Positions 36,150-47,635 of a stretch of DNA of 64,000 nucleotides are shown here, piece after piece. Position 1 is the first letter of the stretch. The number at the start of each line of letters is the position of its first letter. The DNA lies in NCBI RefSeq assembly GCF_036321535.1, contig NC_087437.1:111974001-112038000 (forward strand), given 5' to 3'. The notes beneath the pieces were generated by a model. It did no database searches. It was not told the DNA's origin and worked only from the letters and a program-made list of their open reading frames with translations. Source of the DNA: Camelus dromedarius. Its lineage: Eukaryota. A program made the position numbers and the translations under genes.

Positions 36150-36330
36150 CTCAAGGAATAAGAGAAGTTACTTAATGTCTCTGACCTTGTTTCTTCATCT
36201 GTAAAAATGGGACTGATGATGGTGACAACACTTGCTTCATAGGGTTGTTGAGAAAATTAAATTAATTAATATAGTTAAGGTACTTTGAAAAGACTTTAGT
36301 GTGTGACAAGGACTATACGAATGTTCATTA
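36150..36330 (+). mobile_element. MIR SINE
   Basis: 'aagttacttaatgtctctgaccttgtttcttcatctgtaaaaatggg...tcatagggttgttgagaaaattaaat'. Confidence 0.8.
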
Positions 36331-37339
36331 TTTTAATTTTATTACAACAGTTTTTTTATACTTACACATTAAACTCTCAATAAATATTTTATTTTTACTT
36401 TGAGGGTTAGGGCTGGGAAAGCATTGGAAACTAGCTTCTTAGAAGACTAATCCTCCAGCTTCTCCTCTCAGCTGTTAACAAATGTCTCTTTTTTAATGTC
36501 AGGTGGCACCTTTCAGGCCAGATGTGAGCACTGGTGTGTGGTGGGAGCAGGGGCTGTCTGGTATAAGAGCTGGGTAGCTCTTGAGAGAAGCAAACAGCGG
36601 CAGAATCAAGACTGACCTGTGATGTCTAGTTTTCTGCTCTCCCTACCTCTTCTTCATAATTCAAGAATTAGTCCTAAAATTGAGGGGCAAGTAGGAGAAG
36701 AGACGAGCATCCTTCAGAAGCTATGGTCACTAGAATGGCAAAGCCAATAACAGAGGCAGTTTAATGAGCACATACTATGTGCTCCAGGCTGTGTTCAGTA
36801 CTTCACATATGTTCTGCCCTAGGCTGGGTTTCCCAGGAGACTCCGAAACAAAGGTTAAGCTCCCAGGGGATGTGGGTCAAGAGGTGAGGAAGCAGGACAA
36901 GGAACGCAAGGAAAGCAAGCCCAGGTGTGATCTCAGGCAAAATCGTTCAGAGGTGGCTTCCCCCTGACCCTGCAGTTACCCCTTAGAGTAGTCCTCAGTG
37001 GAAGCAAGGAAGCTGGAGCTTTCTTAATCACACATCATTGGAGGCTAAGAGCCATCCTGGAGGAAGATAAATTCCAAGGCACTTCCACCTCCATATCTTT
37101 GAGCAAAGTGGGGCTCCAGGAACCACGGGAGGCTACAGGCACTGGCTATCAGAAGCAAAGCAAACCCCAGGGGGAAGAATGCAAAAATGAGAAAAAGGGA
37201 TCTAAGGAGATCCCAAAGGAGAAGGGCTTAAACAATCCAGTCCTTCTCCATCAGTGGGATTTTGCGCCGAAAGACAAGACCTAGAGGTCATGACTTTGGC
37301 TCCATCAACCTCCTGTCAGCAAGTGCCAGCTGAGGGAAA

Positions 37340-37580
37340 GTGATACATGGTTAAGGGTCGTCTCTTGAGTTAGACTGGAGTCCTCCATCTCCGTTAATCA
37401 CCTGTGTGAACTTGGTCATCTGGTTGGCCTCATTTTCCATATCTACACAGTTGAGATAATAATAGAACTTATTTCAGAGAGAATTGTTCTAAGAATTAAA
37501 AGTGAATTATATGTAACATGCAAGGCACCTAAGACATCATCTGACACAGAGCAGGTGCTCATATGTGACAACTATTACTA
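37340..37580 (+). mobile_element. MIR SINE
   Basis: 'tggttaag...tgtgtgaacttgg...cctcattttccatatct...gataataatagaacttattt'. Confidence 0.7.
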
Positions 37581-37900
37581 TGTAGACACAGAGTAGTTCC
37601 ACCAGGAATATGCACAGTGACAGAGGGGTTGGCCCGGAAAGAGTGGGGTCAGGCGCTAGCTAAGCAGACAGGGGCCAATGGAGTGAACAGGCTGGGCAGG
37701 ACGTGAGTCAGCGTCCAGGGAGGTCCAGCCCAGGCAGGAAGGCTCAGGCATCATGTGCAGACTGGGGAGGCCATTTGGTCCCTCACCCAGCAGATGAGGC
37801 ACTTCAGCAACAAGAGCCCTGGAGAAAACCCAGACCCTGGGTACAGGCTCTTTCCTCTTGGATTCATTTCATTTCGGTTGCTGGGTCAACTCTATCTCCC

Positions 37901-39153
37901 TTTTTAAAAAACTTCTTTATTGAGCTGTAAGTTGTATTCCCTCATTTAAGTGGTTCAAGTATATTCGAGTAAATTGAATTGTATTCAGTGGTTTTAGTAT
38001 ATTTGCAGAGTTGGATAACCATCACTTCAAACTAAGTTTAGAATCCTGGCATCACCCCCAAAGAAATCCTATAGCCCATTAACAGTCACTCCCCATCCCC
38101 ACTTCCCACCCACACCTGGCAACCACTAATCTATTTTCTTTTGCTCTAGATTTGCCTATTCTGAACATCTCATACACCATGTGGTCTGTTGTGACTGACT
38201 TCTTACACTTAGCATCATGCTTTCAAGGTTCCTCCATGTTGGAGTACGTATCAGTACTATAGTCCTTTTTACTGCTGAATAATATTCCATTGTGTGTATA
38301 CGCTGCTTTCATTTATCCATTCTTCAGTTGATGGACATTTGGGTTGTTTCCACTTTTTTAGTTCTTATGAACAATGCTTCTATGAACATTTGTGTGCATG
38401 CTTTTGTTTGGATGTATGTCTTCATTTCTCTTGGATATGTACCAAGGAGTAGAATTGCTGTGTCACATGGACCTCTAGTCTTAAGCTTTTGAGGAACAGC
38501 CAAACTTTTCCAAAGCAACTGAATCATTTGACATCCCCACCTGCAGTGTATGGGGGTTCCAATTACTCCAGATCCTCACCAACAAGTGAAATTATGTATC
38601 TTTTCAATTCTAGCCCAGCTTAGTGGGTGTAAGGCAGTATCTCACTGTGGTTTTGATTTGCATTTCCTCCATGGATAACAATATTGAGCATCCTTTGGTG
38701 TGCTTATTGGCCATTTGTACATACTCTGTGGAGAAGTGTCCATTCAAATCCTTTGTCCACTTTTAATTGGATTGTCTTTTTATTATTGAATTGTTAGGGT
38801 CATTTATGCATTCTGGATACTCATCCCATATCAGATATATGATTCGCAACTATTTTCTCCTAACCTGTGGATTTCTTTTCACTTTCTTAGAGTCATCATT
38901 TGTAACACAAAAAGAATTTTAAATTTTGATGTAGTCCAACATATCCATTTTTCCCTTTGGTTGTTCGCACTTTCGGTGTCATGTCTAAGAAATCATTACC
39001 TAATCCAAGGTCACAAAGATTCACTCCTATATTTTCTTCTAAGAATTTTATAGTTTAACTCTTATGTTTAGGTTTAAAATCCATTTTGAATTAAGTGTTG
39101 TGTATGGTATGAGGTAGGGGTCCAGCTTCATCCTTTTGCATGCGGATATCCAT
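37901..39153 (-). mobile_element. L1MA/MB-like 3' portion
   Basis: Minus-strand ORF2 remnant (AILLLGTYPREMKTYIQTKACTQMFIEALF) and an L1 3'UTR at the left end. Confidence 0.93.
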
Positions 39154-39816
39154 TGCTGATTTCTGGACTACCTCACAAGGAATGGTGTCTATATCCTCCC
39201 TGCAATGTCTGCTGGATATTAACAACTAGGTACATAGAAAGACTAAAGTTCTCATCGATTCAGTGGTTTGTACACGTTTCTTACACCAGTGCAGGTCTTG
39301 CTTTAATTGTGTTAGAAAACACAATTAAAACTCTTAAATGTATATCCTTTCCTTTTCACAAAAGAAAATCAGTGAAGCAGAAGGTATTCATCATTTGGCA
39401 TTTAGTTTTGGAGACCTCTAGCCTTTATCATTTATTATCTATTTACTTATTTTTATACAAATATACTTGAAGTGTTGCTCCTTCTAGTATCTCTAGGGCC
39501 TGTGTAGCCGGGTGAAGAGCCCATGGAAAGGTACAAAAAACAGCAGTAAATGGAAAACTTCAGTTGAGAATCAATTTTCTTTATCTACACAACACTCCCC
39601 CTGAGAGAACAGCATTGCAGGGTGATTTGGCTTCTGGCAGGGGCAGCTTTTGTTCACAAGAGCTTCCTGACCTAGCCAGCTTGTCACCTGGGGCTGGAGT
39701 CCCTCAGTTTTACCTTTTCATTTTGCTTTTCTAGTTGAGTCCAGAGACTCAGATTGAAATCTGCATTATAAAACTTTGATCTGGACTTGGCAGGACTGAG
39801 AATCCCCTGAGCACCT

Positions 39817-40255
39817 GTATTTATTAGAATTAGGTTCATCTGTCTAAGACCCAGTCCCCAAATAAAAATGGCTTGAAAAATTCCCAAGATTATTTCTGTC
39901 TCACGTGCCCAAGGCTGGTGGGATGGCTCAGCTTGCTTGGGTCATGGGGGGCTGCTTTGCCGCCTTAGCACAAATTCTCCTAGTGTGAGGCATCCAGCCT
40001 TCCTATCTGCATTCCAGTCAGCAGGAAGGAAGGAAAGCAAAGAAGGGAATGCCTTTTCCCTTTAAGCTCACTTTCCAGAAGTTGTACACCATTTCTACCT
40101 TCAGCCTTTGGCTAGAACTTAGTCACAAGGCCACCCTGAGCAATTCTCTGAAATATAGTGTTGTTATTTCAGGTGGACACATGCCCAGCTCTGAAATGGG
40201 GTCTCCACTGCAAAGGAACCACAGAACTGATATTGGGGGATGTCTAGACTTCACC
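39817..40255 (-). mobile_element. MLT1J-like MaLR LTR
   Basis: 'ctgcattccagtcagcaggaagga...ttggctagaacttagtcacaaggccaccctgagc'. Confidence 0.7.
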
Positions 40256-43200
40256 GCAGCCCGAAGGCACTCCTTCCCAGGGCTCAAGGAATCTGCTTCC
40301 AATTTCAATTCTGTGAATGATTTGTCAGCCCCGTTGGGGAGCTGGCGGGGACAGTGTGCTCAGATGCTGTCTTGCTCAATTTAACCCTTCTTCATTCCTG
40401 CATTTTCATTTCATATACTTGGATTTAGTACAGAGCAGGAGGATAGCATCCTAGACACAGAAGGAAATGAAACCCCCAAATGGCTGAATGCAGTGATTCT
40501 GCAACTTGAAATACGGTCGTCCTCTCCATTTCCAAATGAAGATGCTGACATTGTTTTCCAGAACAATTGCACTACCATCCAGACTAAGGGACCCACAAAA
40601 GTGTCAATTCATTGCATGTTAGCTTCTTTTTTTTTTTTCATAACTAATTGTAACAAGTGGTTGCTGTGAAAACGCAGGCTCCCTAAGGCTGACCTTGCAA
40701 TGACCCATACCCTGACCTGGACAGACCACCTTCTGTCCAAGAGAGGAAAAGTTTTGTTCCTAGATCAGATGAAACCCTGGCTTTACCCCTAGTGACCAGT
40801 AGGATTAATCAGACACCAGTGAAACAGCTGACAGAAAGACTAAACTAACTGACAATACTGAGCTCACACACCAGGCGAAATCCCTCCGACAGGTGCACCT
40901 TGTTCCTTTCTTTGCCCTAAGATGCAATCACCTGTTCCATCGCCTTGGCTCTCTGTGCTCCTTAAAGGGAGCACTTACAAGCTAAGAAGCTGCATGTTTT
41001 TAGGATCAATATGGTATTCATCCGAGCTGGTTAGGAAGCACAATGCCAGGGACAGAATTTGCCGTAGGGGCTTGTGTGGGATTAGGCTGTTTCCCCAGGA
41101 TTTACCGCCCAGTGCACAGCTGGCACTGAAACCTGCATGGCCAGCTCTGTGGTTTAAGATGAACCGAAAGGCATTCTCTTTGGTTTATGGCTTTTTAAAA
41201 GTAAAATCTTCCCAACGTGCAAAAAGCCACCACTAAAACTGAAGTACATTCAGATGCAGAGAAAGAGGGAAAGTCAGCAAAAGGAAAACAAACTTCTGAA
41301 ATTTTCCTTGGGAGGTTCCTGTAAGAGTCTTCCTTGGAGCAGCCATCAGGCTCGGCACCTCTGCAGCCGTGTAAGTTTCAGAACTGAACTTTCCGACGCA
41401 AATTTCTTCTTCACCTTAATGCACACAGAGCCACTTCCTTCACTCAGCCATTGTTTGGGTTCTATTTTACTTTTTATATCATTCTGTTTCCTAGGGCAAA
41501 GCCGAAAGCAAATAAAATCTCATTTGTGCTAAGAACTTAAAATCAAATCTACTTTATTTCCAAGTGATTTCCCTCCAATTTTATTTTAAAACATGTTTGA
41601 GAAGACAAGCAAACTTAGGTTTTTATTCCTGGTCCTAAACACAGCTATCTCAAATATTGTTATGGAAACCCCGGGGGGGTGACATAAAAAGATGAGGGTG
41701 ATGCTTAAAAATAAGGTGACTAAGAAGAGAAGGCAAAATATCACCCAGTGACTGTTTTTTAAAGCGTTATGCTGGGGAGAGGAGAAACAGTGAGAACCAG
41801 CTATATTTGAGACATAAAGACAAGACGTGGGGGAAAGTTAGCTTATATGGGGGAAAGGATTTAGTGGATTTAAATCAGCTGCCAGAGAAATCTTTACTGG
41901 GGAATAAAATAAAATCCATTTTTCTGATGTGTGCTTCGGAGGAAGTGTTTCAAACAATCTCTATTTCCAAATGCCTTCTGAAGGCGCTCCCCCAAGGACA
42001 CAACACCAGTGCTATTAATCTTGACTTAGTGAATGAAAGTATTATACGGATTTCAATCCAGACCGTCAGGTCTTAAAGAGCTCTGAAGGGCCGGGATAAA
42101 GCGACCCGTTTTCACTTTGGCGATTCCACAGGGGTAACTCACTTTAATTTCCCTTTCATCTCTCTGGGAGGACTCGAAACTTTAAAAGCAAACAGGTTTC
42201 CTTTTCTAATTCCTGGAGAGAAGGCTTCTGTTGCTTTCTGAGGCTGCAGGACTGAAGGTGGGTGACCCGTCTTCATTTGTTACCTTGGAAGATGTAGGGA
42301 AGCAGAAGTAAGTCTGAAATAATAGGCGAACGGTAGAGCCCTTCCCTTCTTCGGGAAAAGTTATTGCCCTTCCAAATGCCAGTTTGTTTTTTGATTTTCC
42401 ACGGTCCAGCCCTGTATTTAGCACAGAAAGCCGCAACACTGATAAGAACCCCAAATATACACAAAGACAAAGCAGAAGGCATGGCCGTTTTGTTCTGTCA
42501 GGCAAATTATGATCTAAGTTTTCTGCCAGCACCACTTTTCCAGGATTGTTTATTGCAACACCAGCCTATTTGCTAAGATTCTAAAATGCAATTAAATTTT
42601 CTGGGATAAAAAAAAGAGAGAGAGAAGGCGTGCTTATCATGTTGATGTAAACTGTTTCAAATGGAAACACTTCCCATTGTGAAAAAAAAGGAAAAGCATT
42701 GTGGAAAAATGATACCAGATTATTCAGGCTGAAGGAAAGAGTTTTATGCGTGTTGTGTTGCTTTCCAGGCACCCAAGAGAAATGGGTACACCAGGAACTT
42801 ATATGAAAATAAATGACTAAACCAGGATGCAGGGATGGCCCCTCTGCTGGATTTAGTCCAGCCTGTACTGGAATGAGAACCCAAGAGCTCTTCCTTTCCA
42901 ACCAAGACCCCAGGAGGAAAATGGCTCTGGCAGGTTAAGCTTTACATAAAATAAGAAGATAGATCACATATCAGCATTTTTTCCCCCTAAGGCATTATCA
43001 AAAGACACCAATTTGTCTAAAAATGGTATGAAAATTGAATGATGTTTTAAGTCGGTCCCATATCTTCCACAAGTCCAAATCCTGGACTCAGCTAAGAAAA
43101 ACAGAACTTGGAGCCTCAAAACAAAATTTTTTCAGCTTTGCACAATAGTTGTCACAAGTGTGTGAGAAGCTTATAGGAATGGGAAAAACTTGGGAAAACC

Positions 43201-43844
43201 TGGCATTTTTAGTTATGGAAAAGAAACTTTTAAAGTGTTAACATTTCTATAAGGGTAATATGAACCTGAGAGCTAAATCACGAAATACTGATCACATCAC
43301 GTGTAAAAATGAAAATGAATTCATTTAAATTAAAAGGAGGGGAAGGATACAATTTCTCATTGATTAAGTGTGGCTTTGCAATGTGCATTTTTTTTTTACT
43401 CAAATAAAGGTATTTGTCAAATGTTTGGACCACAATTATGCAAGAGAATACCAAAATATATAGATTATGCGACAACTCCAAAAGGTAGTTTTGTCTGATT
43501 TTGTTAAACTCAAAAAATAAGCTTATTTTTGATGTGAATTAGTCAAACAGTATAATTTGTTCCCTTTCCTCCCACCAAAAATATCCGTGAATTCAGTTAT
43601 GTAAACGATTTTCTCAAAAGTTGAAATGTTGCAGTGCTCCCCTCCCCCACATTAAATAGTCACATGTGAGTTTCCAGAGGAGTCTGCCGTGTGAATTTCT
43701 GCAGTGAGCAGAGCCTTCTCTGGGCTGACTCTGAAAACGGCCGCTTCCCAGAGGCTTTCTGAGATGATGTGCCAGAGACCAACACATCTGACCAAGAGGT
43801 CTCTGAAGTTGTAGCCTTTTGTGTTTACACTTTTGAAATATCTC

Positions 43845-43859
43845 TATTGTGATGCAAAT
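43845..43859 (+). promoter_or_regulatory. Candidate Sox-Oct composite element
   Basis: TATTGTGATGCAAAT: Sox half-site directly adjoining a perfect octamer. Confidence 0.45.
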
Positions 43860-45664
43860 CTTGATTTTTCAATCAAAATTGGCTGGGAAAAAAAAAATCT
43901 TTCTCTGGAAACTAGGGTAAGAAGTAAGTAAGCCTAAATCTCAATTTTCTCCTTCCTGGCTTCTTATTAAGCCAGAGAACAATGATATGAAACAAGTATC
44001 TTTTGCGAATGCTGATGGAAAACTCAACCGTGTCAACCAGCGCTTCTAACTGACGAGTTTTAGTCCCCAAAGTCATCAAATTAATGCATTTCGAATGACC
44101 ATAACTCTTTTTTCTTTTCTCCTTTTTCTAATTTGGGTGCCGATGTAAAAAGCATCTAAGAACGTTTTAGCTTTTGTTGACTGTTCAAAATCAAATCCAT
44201 TTTAGAGAGTCTGCTCTTCTCGGCCTGGATCCTGTCTTTAAGGCCAAACAAATAAAATAAAATGTAATTAATACAAAAGGAAAGTGCCTTCAGTGGCAGG
44301 AAGGCTTCCCACTTTTATTTTAAAAGCTGAATGTTGAAATCAGGAGTCCTCTGAACCGCCAGAGAAAGTCTGGAGGCTTTTAGGGCCGAGGAGCCAGGCT
44401 CCTCGTGGAAATCTTTCATCTGCTCAGGTTGGAGGGGTTTCCGTTGTGTCTGTGTGTGAGCGCCTGCATCTCTTACTGTACTCTTCTAGATGGAGTTCCG
44501 AGGGAGCATTTCCCCTGCCAAAATACACACACAGCCTGGGATTAAAAGGGCTGAAACCTACCAGCAAGTTCTTAACGCCCTCCCACAATCATTAGACCAA
44601 ATCCACCATCATTCCAGATTCATTTCTCCCCTTCTTCATCTGTCCAACTAATTCCTGCCGCATTCACCAGGCTTATATCTTAATCTTTTCTGTTACATAG
44701 AGAATACATCATGAAAAGCTGCATTTTCTGGGTACATGCACACATTTGGAGCGGATGAACCATATGTGAAGTGACATACAATGCTGAATGCGGGCTGAAT
44801 GGTGTCCAAGGCTAAAAACACTGCGAACGCAGGAACAAAAAGGCGCCAACAAGAGCCAGTGCGGGGCCAGCCTCCGCTGGAACACCAGGGGATTCGCCGC
44901 TAAAACATGGGTATAATTTCACTGTTTTCACTCACACAAGCTGTGGGAAAGGAGTCACCATCTGATGTTTGATTGTGTGGGATATGTTTTTGGCAGTGGC
45001 CTTGTATTCTGCATTGACCAAAATAAAAAAAAAAAGAAAAATAGAAAGAAAGGAAAAAGAAAAAAAGGGGTGAGGGGTGGAGGGGGGAGGGAGGAAAATA
45101 GAAAAGAATAGAGCTACATTTGCTGTTTTTAATTTGCCGGCTGGGGGACAGGCCCAGCTGACAGAGTTCTGAGCAGTGGCCACCTGAAAAGTAGTGCTGG
45201 GGCCTGGCTGGCTAGTGCTCCCTCCGCCTACACACCCTCCCTGCCCCACCCCCTCGGGCCCCCTTTTATGCCAATTCTACCGCAAGGGGACTTTTATCTG
45301 TCCACCCCTGTCGTCTGGTTATTACTGAGCTGTGGGGTTGACATTTGCTTGATTTAATAAAGCCTTTTATCCAATATAGTGATGGGGGAAACACACCCAG
45401 GGCAGCAGGGTCCTGTCCACATTGGCACCGAGGTGGCACGGAGGCAGGGAGACCCAGGCTTGGCAAAGAGGCATTTCTGGGAGCCTCACAGGGTCCCTGG
45501 AGTTGCCCGCCCAACTGCCAGGTGGCTATAGGGGTCTCACAGAAGGACCCCAGCTTGGAGGTTTCTCCTGTGGTGTGTGGCTGGAGGCAGGCAGGGACCC
45601 CGCCCCAAACGGAGATTTTAGAAAGAGATATGTTGGCCTTTGTCCTCTTCATCTCAGCTTCATC

Positions 45665-45807
45665 TAGGAATGTCAGATAGAGCAAATAAAGAAGGATGCT
45701 CAGTTAAATCTGTATTTCAGGTGAACAGCGAACACTAAAAAGTGATATATGGTTTACCTGAAATCCAGATTTAACTGAATGTCCTATATTTTAACCTGGC
45801 AACCCTA
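45665..45807. mobile_element. MER53-like palindromic MITE
   Basis: Ends tagg..tgtcagat / ctggcaacccta; internal inverted repeat 45700-45726 vs 45752-45778. Confidence 0.75.
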
Positions 45808-47464
45808 TCCTTGCCCTACCAGGCCCCCTGGGCTGGCCACCTCCACACCCCCCACCTCCACTATCCCTCACCTGTCAGGGCAGCAGCATCCTCTGCCTGC
45901 ATCGCAGAGTGTTAAGAGGATAATGAGAAAATAGATGAGTAGCTGTTTTCCAGAAAGACCACTAATTAGCCTGGCTGGTTAACATGTGGTTCCCAGGCCC
46001 CAGCTGTACTAAAAGACTCTCCTCTCAACTTTAAGCTTAAACTACAAGACGTCACCAGTGCTGCTGGACAGACAGAGTTTGGTGTTCTGACCTCCTGCTC
46101 CCTGCTGCCTCTCCTCCAATGGGTTTTGCATCATTTTATTTGGACCACGTTTTTAAATCAAACCAAACTCCCCAGACGCAAATACCACACTTAATGGAAG
46201 ATTTGGGGATAAAGATTTGGGGAAACTCTTCCCCAGTTGAGTATGTGCACACCCTTCACCGACCCTGATCCCACCATGTGCCCTGCCCCGACTCCCACCA
46301 GGTCCTCCACCTACAGGGGTCATTGTGGCCACAGCCCCTGTTCACAGGGATATTGGATTGCTATTTTTGATCACTGGTGTTTGTTAATAAGACGCTTCCA
46401 GGGTTTGTCCCAAGGTGAGCACACTGCTCTGACTTTCCCATTCGTGGGCCCATGAAGCATACGTGATTAAGGGGAGCAGGAAGGGAAAAGCTTTCCTTTG
46501 TGAGTGGCAGGTGGGCAGGGGAGGGAGGGCAATTCTGGACCGCCAGTGCCAGGGTCCACTCTGACCTTTGTCTGCAGGTAGGCGGGTAGGAGCGAGGACT
46601 GGCTTGAAAGCTGGTGGCTCTCTGTGGTAACCTGGTCCAAGCTCCGATCCTCGGAAGTGCAGCTGAAAAGATTTCCAAAGGAGCACTGCTCTTTTAAATG
46701 CTCCCGTGACGAGACAGTAGTGGCTGCAGATATCGGCCAGGATGGGAAATGTGTTTTTCCCCATGTGGAGGAATTGCTCTCATTTCCAAACATGATACAG
46801 GGGCATAATGGCCATTTGTAATGACCACATTAGCATCACGAAGCAATATATCGACAATAAATTAAGACCGCTTTGCAATTAGTACCGATGATCACAGCTG
46901 TGGAGACAAATGGCATATGTACTAATTAAATAATTTGTCACTTGACTGTGAAACAAACAATTCAGCCTCTTTCCATTACGCGCTGCCATCTCCAGAGCAG
47001 CACCGTGGGCTGTCAACCCCAAGGACAGAGTAGCGTGCCAGGCCCACGGTGGCTGTGGCACCAAGTCCCGATGGCAGGATAAAAGCGACAGACAAACCCA
47101 CTTGGATTAAAAAATCCCCTCAGACTTTGAAAGTTTTCTTGAAAAATGAGTTCCAGGAGGACAAAACAAACCCTGCCACTCAGGAAATGTTTGGAGAACA
47201 GCCCACCCCAGTGTTAGGATCTCTAAGCTCACATGCGTCCTGTGGAATCGAACCATCAGATGGGGCGGGGGGTGTGGGGGAGACCAACAAACACGGCATT
47301 ATGTCACATCTCAGCTTAGTCTTGTGTCTCCAGCCACAGCCTCCTACTCACTGGCAACACCTTTTTTATGGTTTCCCTTTTTTTTTCCCCACCAGCCTTC
47401 CTTCCCCCACCTCCACCCCAAATGCTAATCCATAAAGCTGAATTGTGGAATATGCCTTTAATGG

Positions 47465-47635
47465 GGGCCACTGCTAGCCCATATAATGGCTTTGGGTGAA
47501 CTAAGGTGGACTGAGCCCCATGCAGGGCGCCCAACTTAGTAAGCAAAGTACAAGCTAGATTTCAGTCTCTGCTCACCTCCTTGGTCCAGGGCTCTTGTGC
47601 AATGAACAACCTGCCCAACCGTATGAGTAGTCCTG
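47465..47635. mobile_element. MER91-like hAT fragment
   Basis: 'gggctcttgtgcaatgaacaacctgcccaaccgta' resembles MER91. Confidence 0.5.
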
